A stretch of 64,000 nt of DNA. Source: Terriglobia bacterium. GTDB lineage: Bacteria > Acidobacteriota > Terriglobia > 20CM-2-55-15. The stretch covers positions 1,216,001-1,280,000 of the forward strand of contig CAXWPJ010000009.1 in NCBI GenBank assembly GCA_963664115.2. Direction: 5' to 3'. The first letter of the stretch is position 1. The number at the start of each line of letters is the position of its first letter. A program made the position numbers and the translations under genes. A model generated the notes under the pieces. That model saw only the letters and a program-made list of their open reading frames with translations. It searched no databases and was not told the origin of the DNA. Below, piece by piece: positions 38,987 through 48,061 of this stretch.

Positions 38987-40531
38987 ATGAAATCGAACCT
39001 GCCACCGCCCGGGGCAAACCGTCCGATCAAGTATCTGAGTGAGTTTTACCGGGTCTTGAGCCGGCCTTTTTGGCAATACATCCTGGCCGGCACGGCGACT
39101 TTCACATACTTCGGTTGGATTCAGCTTTCCGTCGGACAACTCGCTGGAAACGACGGCTACTATCACCTTCGAATGGCCTCGCTGCTTCTTCGAAACGGAT
39201 TTCTTCCTTTCTCGTTCCCATACATGCCCATGAGCATCCTTTCCGAGACTGAGTTTGCGGATCATCACTACCTTTTCCATGCCGCTATCGCGCCGTTCCT
39301 GATCCTGGGTGATGAATTGGTGATGGGCAAGATCGCCGCCGCAACCTTTGCCGCAACCGTGGGCGTTACGTTTTTCTTTCTGTTGCGCCAGTACGAGGTC
39401 CGTTGGCCGTGGTTGTGGCTGATTCTTCTTGGAGCCGCTTCCCAGCCCTTCCTTTACCGCATGTCAATGCTTCGCGCACAGAGTCTCGGCGCGGTCTTGT
39501 TAGTGCTGGCTATCTGGCTCACGCTGCGGCGGGCGCGGTGGGGGCTGTTTGTTCTGGGTTTCGTTTTTGCCTGGATGTATATGGCCTATCCCATAGTCGG
39601 AGCGGTCGTGGTTTTGGCCGTCATTGCCGAGTGGCTGGCGAATCGTCGTTGGCTCGTCGGGCCCGTCGTCTTCACGGCTGCGGGGACGCTTGCCGGTACT
39701 CTGACCCATCCCTATGGATTTAACTATGTGATTTTTGTCACCCGTCACCTCGCAACCAAGCTGGTCAGCGACTATCCCGTCCGAGTGGGTAACGAATGGT
39801 ATCCATTCGATACAAACGACCTCTTGCAACACAGCTGGATCGCCCTCGCGTGCTTTCTGGCAGGACTGGTCGCGGTCGATCGTTCCAGTGAACGGAGTCG
39901 CGCGATGACGTATGCGATGGCCTTGGTGTCGATCGTGATGTTCGTTCTGTTGTTCAAGCATCGACGATTCGTCGAATACTGGCCGCTGTTTTCCGTACTG
40001 CTGGCCGCCTTCAGTTTCGGGACGATGTCCAGAGTGCCCAGATTCCGGATCAGATTGCCAATACTCGTTTTGGTGACGGTGGCGGGTGCGTACTTTGCTC
40101 TCGAGCGAGGGAGGGAAACCATTGGTGAAATGACCTCAGAACGTGGCGCGGCCCCGATTGTCGAGGCGGGTGCGTGGTTGATGGAGAATACTCCTCCAGG
40201 TGAGCGAATCTTTCACGCCGACTGGGATGATTTTCCGATGCTCTTCTTTGGAGCACCGGGAAATACTTTCCTGTCCGGTCTCGATCCGATGTTCATGTAT
40301 CTGAAGGACAGCGATCGGTCCGAAAGTTACGGAAAAGTGACCCAAACCGGGAATCGTGCGGTGGACGTGATACTGGAGGAATTCCAATCACGTTTTGTGT
40401 TCCTTACCAATGACCATGGAAACTTGCGAAACGCACTCGATCGAGACGCTCGCGCGAGCCCTATCTTCCTGTCCGGGTGTTGCTCGGTGTTTGAGCTGAC
40501 TCAACCGGAGTCGGGAGAGTCACTGCCTTAA
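38987..40531 (+). CDS. Polytopic membrane protein, GT-C glycosyltransferase-like
   Basis: DGYYHL loop, ~12 TM helices, THPYG, NEW, RRFVEY, DPMFM; start at MKSN preferred over 38576. Confidence 0.7.
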   Translation: MKSNLPPPGANRPIKYLSEFYRVLSRPFWQYILAGTATFTYFGWIQLSVGQLAGNDGYYHLRMASLLLRNGFLPFSFPYMPMSILSETEFADHHYLFHAAIAPFLILGDELVMGKIAAATFAATVGVTFFFLLRQYEVRWPWLWLILLGAASQPFLYRMSMLRAQSLGAVLLVLAIWLTLRRARWGLFVLGFVFAWMYMAYPIVGAVVVLAVIAEWLANRRWLVGPVVFTAAGTLAGTLTHPYGFNYVIFVTRHLATKLVSDYPVRVGNEWYPFDTNDLLQHSWIALACFLAGLVAVDRSSERSRAMTYAMALVSIVMFVLLFKHRRFVEYWPLFSVLLAAFSFGTMSRVPRFRIRLPILVLVTVAGAYFALERGRETIGEMTSERGAAPIVEAGAWLMENTPPGERIFHADWDDFPMLFFGAPGNTFLSGLDPMFMYLKDSDRSESYGKVTQTGNRAVDVILEEFQSRFVFLTNDHGNLRNALDRDARASPIFLSGCCSVFELTQPESGESLP

Positions 40532-40577
40532 CGGTCGGATTGTCGGATTACAGGCCCGATCGCGAAGGGCCGTCGGA

Positions 40578-42485
40578 CTACAGGCCTGATCGCGACGTGC
40601 CAAGGATATGCCGCAACCCCGCATCACCCTCAGCGGATTTCGGATTTGCTTCTTCGGCTTCAGCGTCAGTCTCTCCCGGGTTGATCAAGCGGTTCGCTTC
40701 CAGATCGGCCTGGCGGGTGTAGAGCTCGAAATAGCGGCCCTGGCGGGCTATCAGTTCCTGGTGATCGCCGCGTTCCACGATCTCTCCGTCTTCCAGGATC
40801 AATATCTGATCAGCGCTACGGATCGTACTGAGCCGATGGGCGATCACGAATGTCGTTCGGCCCCGCATCAGGGCGGCCAGACCCTCCTGGATATAGGCTT
40901 CGCTTTCCGTGTCCAGGCTGGACGTCGCTTCATCGAGTATGAGTATGCGCGGATCGGCCAGGATTGCCCGGGCGATTGCTACCCGTTGCCGCTGGCCTCC
41001 CGATAGCTTCACACCCCGCTCGCCGATGATGGTTTCATAGCCTTTTTCCATCTTGAGAGCGAATTCGTCCACCCTTGCGATCCGGGCCGCGTCCTCTAAG
41101 GCTTCCGGCGTCGCATCCGGCCGGCCGAAGAGAATGTTTTCGCGAATGGTGCCATCAAAGAGAAAATTGTCCTGGAGAACCACTCCGAGTTGCGAGCGGT
41201 AGGACTCCAGTTTCACTGTGGACAGATCAACGCCGTCCACCCGGATGGTTCCGCCGACCGGCTTCGCAAACGCAGACACCAGACCAATCAAGGTGCTTTT
41301 ACCCGACCCGGAAGAGCCGGCGAGGGCCGTTACGGTCCCCGGCGCGGATTGGAGACTCACGTTCCGCAATACCGGAGTGTCCTTTTCATACTCGAAGCTG
41401 ACGCCGTCGAAGATCACTTCACCGCGCATTTCATCGAGAGACTGCGTTCGATTGGGGTCGACGTCTTCCGGGGTTTCTTCCATTACTTCCCGTACCCGGT
41501 CGAGACCCGCAACCGCTTCCGTGATCTGGCTTCCGATCGAAACGACCTGCACCACCGGGGCGACCATGAATCCCATGTAAAGCGTGTAGGCAAAAAAATC
41601 GCCCACGGTCATGGCGTCCGACATGATCAGGCGTGCCCCGACCATCATCACGGTGACGCTGACGATACCCAGGAGGAGCGTCGCTGCCAGGCTGACAACC
41701 GCCGTGGCGGTCAGTGTTTTCCTCACGTTCTCGAAAAGCCTCATTGCGCCTTCGGCGAAGGTTTCAGCTTCTCGTTTTTCCGCGTGGAATCCCTTGACGA
41801 TTCGTATACCCCCAAACGATTCGGTCAACCTTCCGGTCACTTCCTGCCGAATCTTTCCGCGTTCTCTGAAAACCGGCCGGATCGTCCGAAAGGCACGTTT
41901 GAGGATCAGCCCGAATACTGCCAGGAAGCCCATGCTGATCAGGGTGAGCGTGGCATTGATCGTCATCAATATGACAAAGGCGACGACGGCTGTGATCACG
42001 CCCCCGACAAACTGTACGAGGCCCGTGCCTACGAGGTTGCGTACACCTTCGATATCCGACATCACGCGGCTGACGAGTCCGCCTGCCTTATTCGCGTCGA
42101 AATAGCGGACCGAAAGACGGCCGACGTGGGCCTGTATCTTGATGCGCATGTCTGCAATCAGACGTTGTGCGGAAACGCTCAAAAAGATCGCCAGTGAGTA
42201 CGACGTCACGGCTTGTACGAGGACGGCCACGCCGACTACGGATACCAAAGGAATGAGCAAGCCCGCGTTCGCAGGGGCAATCACATCGTCGATGAGAAAC
42301 TTCATGGACCCTGGGAGCACGAGGCCGGCGAGCCGATTGATGATGACCAGACCCAAACCCATCGCCAGGGCTCCCCGCCGGGGCCAGATCAGATCACGGA
42401 ATTCTTTGAGTGCCTGCCGGGGCGGCATTTTCCTTCGCTTTTTCTTGAGCTCCGGTTGACCGGAGGCAACAACATCAGGACTCAA
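40578..42485 (-). CDS. ABC exporter, fused permease/ATPase (MsbA-like)
   Basis: TM domain, GSSGSGKST, LSGGQRQR, ILDEATS, IAHRLST. Confidence 0.93.
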   Translation of the reverse strand: MSPDVVASGQPELKKKRRKMPPRQALKEFRDLIWPRRGALAMGLGLVIINRLAGLVLPGSMKFLIDDVIAPANAGLLIPLVSVVGVAVLVQAVTSYSLAIFLSVSAQRLIADMRIKIQAHVGRLSVRYFDANKAGGLVSRVMSDIEGVRNLVGTGLVQFVGGVITAVVAFVILMTINATLTLISMGFLAVFGLILKRAFRTIRPVFRERGKIRQEVTGRLTESFGGIRIVKGFHAEKREAETFAEGAMRLFENVRKTLTATAVVSLAATLLLGIVSVTVMMVGARLIMSDAMTVGDFFAYTLYMGFMVAPVVQVVSIGSQITEAVAGLDRVREVMEETPEDVDPNRTQSLDEMRGEVIFDGVSFEYEKDTPVLRNVSLQSAPGTVTALAGSSGSGKSTLIGLVSAFAKPVGGTIRVDGVDLSTVKLESYRSQLGVVLQDNFLFDGTIRENILFGRPDATPEALEDAARIARVDEFALKMEKGYETIIGERGVKLSGGQRQRVAIARAILADPRILILDEATSSLDTESEAYIQEGLAALMRGRTTFVIAHRLSTIRSADQILILEDGEIVERGDHQELIARQGRYFELYTRQADLEANRLINPGETDAEAEEANPKSAEGDAGLRHILGTSRSGL

Positions 42486-42789
42486 TTTCTAAATCTCCTC
42501 ACACCTCGGGACCGAGATTGCCCCCATCGTATCGCATTGCCTAATAAGTCAGGGTCAGGCGTCTGTCCCCAAACTTAGCCTCAGACGCTAACTCGTGATG
42601 AACGGGCTTTTCTGAAGATGTATGGTCATGGTATAAATCGGAGGTTCGGATAGTCTGCTGAATTCGATTCAGATTCGTTGCAATTATCCCGGGGGACGAA
42701 AGAAAATCATTGCCTGTTCAAGCTCTTGGACTTCCCCAGTTGAGCATGTTTTAATTAAAGATGAGTTTTCCTGACAAACAGATCTGGAG

Positions 42790-43743
42790 GTGTCTATGAT
42801 CGCGACTTTGATGCTGCTTCTGATCCTGCCATTCCCCGCGCTACAGACTGAAGCAGAGGAGGCCTACAGGCAGCAATATCAGGAGTATACCCGGATATCT
42901 CGGCTGACAGATCCTGCAGAACAGGCTGGGCGCTACCTGGCTTTCCTGGGGATGGAAATTGACGAACGGCTTGTGGGCCCGGCCCTGACGGGATTGCAGG
43001 GAGATCTGCAGGCTTTGACACAGGCGCAGAATTTCGATGCAGTGTACGAGTTGGCCGACCAATGGTTTGAATTGAGGAATGAGATGCAGCCGATCGCTTT
43101 TGCGCTGCAGGCGGCAAACACTGCAGGGAATTCCGAACAGATCGTCAATTATGGCGAGAGATTTTATCAGAGTCAGCCTGATCCGCAGATTGCTTCGATT
43201 CTGGCACAGAATTATTTGCAGCTTGGTAACGCAGCGAAGATTCGAGAATTCGGTGAAATCGCCATCGAGAACTTCCCGATCGAGCAAACCTGGAACATTG
43301 CGTACACGTTGGTGAGACAGGATCAGGACGCCGAGCGCTGGGCTGCCGCCGCAACGATGGCCAAGCGTATACAGAGCTTGAACGCCGCGCCTGAGGGCCA
43401 AACAGCCGCTCAGTGGGGTGATATCCAGCTTTACCTTCAGACTACGGTTGCCGGCGCTGCCTATGAATCAGGTCAGTGGCAACAGGCTATCAACGAATAC
43501 AATAGCTTGTTGGGACTGGCCCCCCAGAGCGACGAAGCCTACTATTTCATCGGCCAGGGTGAACTCAAGCTTGAGAATATCGCGGAATCGATGAGCTCTT
43601 TTGCCAAGTCGTACATACTGGACGGCGGTTACTCCGACGCGGCCTATGACATGTTGCGGACGATCTACGGTGCCAACACCGGAGGTAACTTGCAGGGCAT
43701 GGATAACGTCGTTAACGATGCCCGCCAGGAACTTAGAAATTAA
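42790..43743 (+). CDS. Exported TPR-like protein
   Basis: Signal peptide, helical repeats (AYESGQWQQAINEY, EAYYFIG); GGAGG RBS. Confidence 0.75.
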   Translation: MSMIATLMLLLILPFPALQTEAEEAYRQQYQEYTRISRLTDPAEQAGRYLAFLGMEIDERLVGPALTGLQGDLQALTQAQNFDAVYELADQWFELRNEMQPIAFALQAANTAGNSEQIVNYGERFYQSQPDPQIASILAQNYLQLGNAAKIREFGEIAIENFPIEQTWNIAYTLVRQDQDAERWAAAATMAKRIQSLNAAPEGQTAAQWGDIQLYLQTTVAGAAYESGQWQQAINEYNSLLGLAPQSDEAYYFIGQGELKLENIAESMSSFAKSYILDGGYSDAAYDMLRTIYGANTGGNLQGMDNVVNDARQELRN

Positions 43744-43904
43744 GCCATCCGAGTCGTAGGGCCCGGCGAGAGCGCTTGGGCCCCACGACAGAAATTCCTC
43801 ACTCTTCCTGAATCTTCATCTGTTCCTTCCGGGGCAGGTTCCCTTATCCTTAATCAGCGCACCTGTCGACTACTCATCCGACTGAACGAAGAGGGCATAC
43901 ATTC

Positions 43905-45533
43905 ATGAGCGGCATCTTTAAGGTACCTGTTCCGATCAATGAGCCTGTGTTGGGTTACGGGAAGGGAAGTCCCGAGCGGAAGGCTGTGAAATCAAGGCTG
44001 GCCGAGATGGTATCGGAAGAAATCGAGATTCCGATTCTGATCGGCGGCAAGGAAGTGCGGACCGGCAATTTCGGGACGCAAGTCATTCCCCATGACCACG
44101 GTCAGGTACTGGCCAAATGGCACATGGCTGGTCCCGCCGAGGTCGAAGATGCCATCCAGGCCGCGACACGAGCCCATAGCGATTGGGCTTCGGCCAGTGC
44201 GGCGGATCGAGCGGCGGTCTTCTTGCGCGCCGCGGACCTGCTGGCAGGGGCCTGGCGCCAGACGCTTAACGCGGCCACGATCCTTGCTCAAAGCAAGACC
44301 GTTCACCAGGCTGAGATTGACGCTGCCTGTGAGTTGATCGATTTCTTCCGATTCAACGTCCACTACGCTGAGAACATCTATCAGGACCAACCGCTTTCAC
44401 CGCCAGGGATGTGGAACCGACTGGAGTACAGGCCCCTGGAGGGATTTGTTTTTGCGGTGACCCCTTTTAACTTCACTTCCATCGCTGGAAATCTGCCGAC
44501 ATCACCGGCGATCATGGGCAACACTGTCGTCTGGAAGTGCGCGAGCACCGCCGTCTACAGTGGTTATTATCTGGCGCGACTGTTTGAAGCGGCGGGTCTG
44601 CCGCCCGGTGTGATTAATTTTGTCCCGGGAAGCGGTCCAACGGTAGGCGGGGGCGCTCTGGCCAACGCGAATCTTGCGGGCATCCACTTCACCGGTTCCA
44701 CCGAGACTTTTCAGGGAATGTGGGAGTCCGTAGGTCAGAACATTCGAAACTACCGATCCTATCCTCGCATTGTAGGTGAGACAGGCGGTAAGGACTTCAT
44801 CATCGCCCATCCCAGTGCCAATGCAGATGCCGTGAACACGGCGATCATTCGAGCCGGTTACGAGTATCAGGGTCAGAAGTGCAGTGCGGCGTCCCGGATT
44901 TACGTTCCTGATTCTCTGTGGCGAAAAATGAAGGATTCTCTGATCGATCAAATTAACGATATCGCCATGGGCGACCCGGCGGATTTTTGTAACTTCATGG
45001 GTGCCGTAATCGATCGGGCGTCATACGCAAAGCTGTGTGGCTATCTGGAGTTTGTCCGCGAATCGAGCGACGGAGAGATCCTGACCGGAGGTCAGGCGGA
45101 CGATTCGGTCGGATATTTCATTCGCCCCACACTGGTTCAGGCGAAGCGACCGGATTACCGAACGATGTCGGAGGAGTTGTTCGGCCCGATCGTAACCCTC
45201 TACGTGTATCCCGATAAGGAGTGGCCGGAAGCCCTGAACCTGGTAAACACGACGTCGCCGTATGCGTTGACCGGCGCCGTCTTTGCCGAAGATCGCAGCG
45301 CCATTGACGACGCCCATCGCGAGCTACGCTACGCTGCCGGAAACTTCTACATCAACGACAAGCCAACTGCTGCCGTCGTGGGACAGCAACCCTTCGGCGG
45401 TTCCCGCGCCAGTGGCACAAACGACAAAGCCGGATCGATGCTCAACCTTCTGCGGTGGGTGTCGGCCCGTACCATCAAAGAAACCTTCGACCCCCCAACC
45501 GACTACCGCTACCCGTTCATGACTGAAGACTAA
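43905..45533 (+). CDS. pruA: L-glutamate gamma-semialdehyde (P5C) dehydrogenase
   Basis: QAEIDAACE, FTGST, GETGGK, YQGQKCSA, EELFGP, NDKPT, GTNDKAG. Confidence 0.93.
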   Translation: MSGIFKVPVPINEPVLGYGKGSPERKAVKSRLAEMVSEEIEIPILIGGKEVRTGNFGTQVIPHDHGQVLAKWHMAGPAEVEDAIQAATRAHSDWASASAADRAAVFLRAADLLAGAWRQTLNAATILAQSKTVHQAEIDAACELIDFFRFNVHYAENIYQDQPLSPPGMWNRLEYRPLEGFVFAVTPFNFTSIAGNLPTSPAIMGNTVVWKCASTAVYSGYYLARLFEAAGLPPGVINFVPGSGPTVGGGALANANLAGIHFTGSTETFQGMWESVGQNIRNYRSYPRIVGETGGKDFIIAHPSANADAVNTAIIRAGYEYQGQKCSAASRIYVPDSLWRKMKDSLIDQINDIAMGDPADFCNFMGAVIDRASYAKLCGYLEFVRESSDGEILTGGQADDSVGYFIRPTLVQAKRPDYRTMSEELFGPIVTLYVYPDKEWPEALNLVNTTSPYALTGAVFAEDRSAIDDAHRELRYAAGNFYINDKPTAAVVGQQPFGGSRASGTNDKAGSMLNLLRWVSARTIKETFDPPTDYRYPFMTED

Positions 45534-45546
45534 GAAGAAGGAATTA

Positions 45547-45698
45547 ACCGCAAAGACGCAAAGACGCAAAGGCATTAGGGTGTGCAGTGTTTCGGTTCGC
45601 CGGGACGCTATGGTTTCAAAACGGATCAGTTGCTAACTCAAAGACTTGAAGTAAGGTTAGACGTAAACAGTCGGGCTTTCCTTTTGCGTCTTTGCGGT
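45547..45698. repeat. REP/MITE-like inverted repeat
   Basis: accgcaaagacgcaaag ... cttttgcgtctttgcggt; related half at 1357-1381. Confidence 0.6.
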
Positions 45699-45704
45699 AA
45701 AAAC

Positions 45705-45735
45705 AAAAAGGGGCGATCTCAGGATCGCCCCTTTC
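45705..45735. terminator. Intrinsic terminator between convergent genes
   Basis: aaaaaggggcgatc-tcag-gatcgcccctttct. Confidence 0.75.
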
Positions 45736-46212
45736 TCTTGCCCGGTTGTGTGAAGTTTGGTTAGAACTCGTAACGCAATCCGAACTGGATCTGCCGGCCC
45801 GAAGTTACGGTCGAGGAGATCACTCCGAAATTACCGCTGCCAAATTCCTGGTCGGGCAGTCCGAAGTTGGGGGTATTCGTGAGGTTGAAAATCTCAGTTC
45901 GGAATTGTAGCTCCCGGTCTTCGTTGATCGGGAATTTCTTAACGATCGAAAAATCCAAAACTCTCAGAGCCGGTCCCCGGGCCGTGTTGCGTCCGAGGTT
46001 GCCGAACGCTCCTGCAGGTGCGGTAAATGCGGCTGCATTGATCCAGTTATCCGGACCTTGGTTGCTTGCTACCGGATCAACACCTGCGACGACGTCCGGA
46101 CGGACGGTTCTGTTGGGAAGATGTATGGTGAAGGGACGCCCGGCCTGCAGTGTCAGAATGCTGTTCATGTTCCATCCGTTCAGCAGATGTCCCGCCATGC
46201 CTTCATAACTAG

Positions 46213-48061
46213 TCCCAAAACAAGCGCATAACCAGTCCGCCGAGGCCCAGTTCGCGCCGATAGAATTCGAGGCATAGAATCCCGTTCCCGGATGGCCTGT
46301 TCCAGGTATCGAGTTTCTGTTGAATCTGTTTCAGTTCAGCCTCGCTGGTGTTGGACGGTTGACAGAAACCGGGACCTCGATCGCCCGGGCTCAGAGTCAT
46401 GATCGGGTCAACATCGCAGAGGCTGACGCAACACATCCACCCCGCGGAACAAGACCGGCAACCACCGGTTCCAGGCCAGGATCCGGAACAGAATGCGCCG
46501 CCCGGTGCGCACGAGTTGGCACGGCACAAGCATGAAAGCGTTCAAGAAGGTTTTGAACTCCATGCGCAGCACGGTTTGCTTCTCAGCCTGATATTTTTGG
46601 CCCCAACGTCCGGTTTCGGGAAGCAGCAATGCAAACCACGCTTTCAGTGTCCAGGCCAGTGACGCGATCACCATGTAGGCCCAGTTGCTGGTCTGATCTC
46701 CGACCGGCATCCGCAACGCCTGAACGCCGTTCTTCAACTGCTCAATGAGATTCTCCTGATTGCACCGTTGATTGGCACGCATCACAATCTGGTCGGCCGG
46801 ATCCGAACGGTTGGTAATGTAGAAGAAGTACCGGATGTCGTCAAACAACACCTGCTCTCCTTTGGCCACCGACAGATTCTTCCGCACCACGACGACACGG
46901 TAGTCCCGATCGCAGGCTCCGGGTCGATACCGAAACTCGGCCACATCCTCACCCTGCAAGCGGATATTGTCGAAACCGCGCTGCCGAACGATCTCTTCCT
47001 TCACGTTGTCGGGACGTTGGCGCGGTTCGGTCGCCACGTCGTATTTCGCGGGCCGTTCCAGGCGCTTCCACTGGCGCGGCTCCAGTTCATCGGCCCGGGC
47101 CTTCAGGTTCGCCATCGCGTCAATCCCGAATATGAAACCCACCTGCTGGTCGTCCCATCCGTCCAGATGCCGGGTCTGGCTGAAGTCCGTGTCCCCGCGC
47201 AGCAGGATCTGGCGAAACCCCGCATGCCGGCACAATGCGATGGCTTGGTCGAACCGGACCGCGGCTCCTTCATGCGACGGCCGGTTGCCGCTACGATTGA
47301 CCAGATACAGCGGTTCGGCGGTGTTGGCCAGCGAGATCATCAGCGGGTGATATCCCCACGTCCCGTCGTAGGCCACGTCCATCCCTTGCTTGCATTCCCC
47401 CGTGGTTTCGGCCAGTGTCCCGTCCGCGTCCAACACCGCTTCTTCGAAAAACGCCGCCGGTTGCTGTCGCCAGACTCCGAGCCGGACTTGATTGGTTGCC
47501 TCCATCAGACACTCCACGTCGTCGGCCTCGAATCTCCGGCAGAAGTCTCCCGCCGTCGTCGGATCCGGAATCCGTTGCGCTCCCAGCGCATCCAGATACA
47601 CCGCATCGTTGCGCCGCAGTTCGATGTCTTCCAGGCACGTTCCTCCGCTCAAGGCGTTGTAGGCGATGTTCAGCACGTGATCCGACTCGTGATACGGCAG
47701 GTGCCGCTTCAACACATGCACGCCCTTGTCGATGGCTTCGATCAGCCCGGTCCGCCGCGCCACCAGTTGCATCGTCCCGATACCACCAACCGATGTGCCC
47801 CGCGTCCGCTCTCCCATCTCGTACTGAATGTTGCTCGCCGAAAACATCGGCTCTACCTGATCCGTCCAATGCCGGTCCCCAAGCCGACGTTCGATTCGCC
47901 GCTTGCGGTTCCTCATGTTCTTGCGCGTATAATCGTTCATCTGAAATGCCTCCTTTTCCGAAGAATCTGTTCAAGGTTTTTTTCGCACGGAGAGGGGGCA
48001 TTTCGGGTACTTCCGCTCTTATTGCACTATCATTTCCTCGTCAATCACGCTTGTTCAGGGA
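46213..48061 (-). mobile_element. IS1380-family element, copy 2
   Basis: Near-identical to copy 1; CTAG at 46209 and 48062. Confidence 0.92.
46408..47940 (-). CDS. IS1380-family transposase
   Basis: Same 510-aa translation as copy 1. Confidence 0.9.
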   Translation of the reverse strand: MNDYTRKNMRNRKRRIERRLGDRHWTDQVEPMFSASNIQYEMGERTRGTSVGGIGTMQLVARRTGLIEAIDKGVHVLKRHLPYHESDHVLNIAYNALSGGTCLEDIELRRNDAVYLDALGAQRIPDPTTAGDFCRRFEADDVECLMEATNQVRLGVWRQQPAAFFEEAVLDADGTLAETTGECKQGMDVAYDGTWGYHPLMISLANTAEPLYLVNRSGNRPSHEGAAVRFDQAIALCRHAGFRQILLRGDTDFSQTRHLDGWDDQQVGFIFGIDAMANLKARADELEPRQWKRLERPAKYDVATEPRQRPDNVKEEIVRQRGFDNIRLQGEDVAEFRYRPGACDRDYRVVVVRKNLSVAKGEQVLFDDIRYFFYITNRSDPADQIVMRANQRCNQENLIEQLKNGVQALRMPVGDQTSNWAYMVIASLAWTLKAWFALLLPETGRWGQKYQAEKQTVLRMEFKTFLNAFMLVPCQLVRTGRRILFRILAWNRWLPVLFRGVDVLRQPLRC

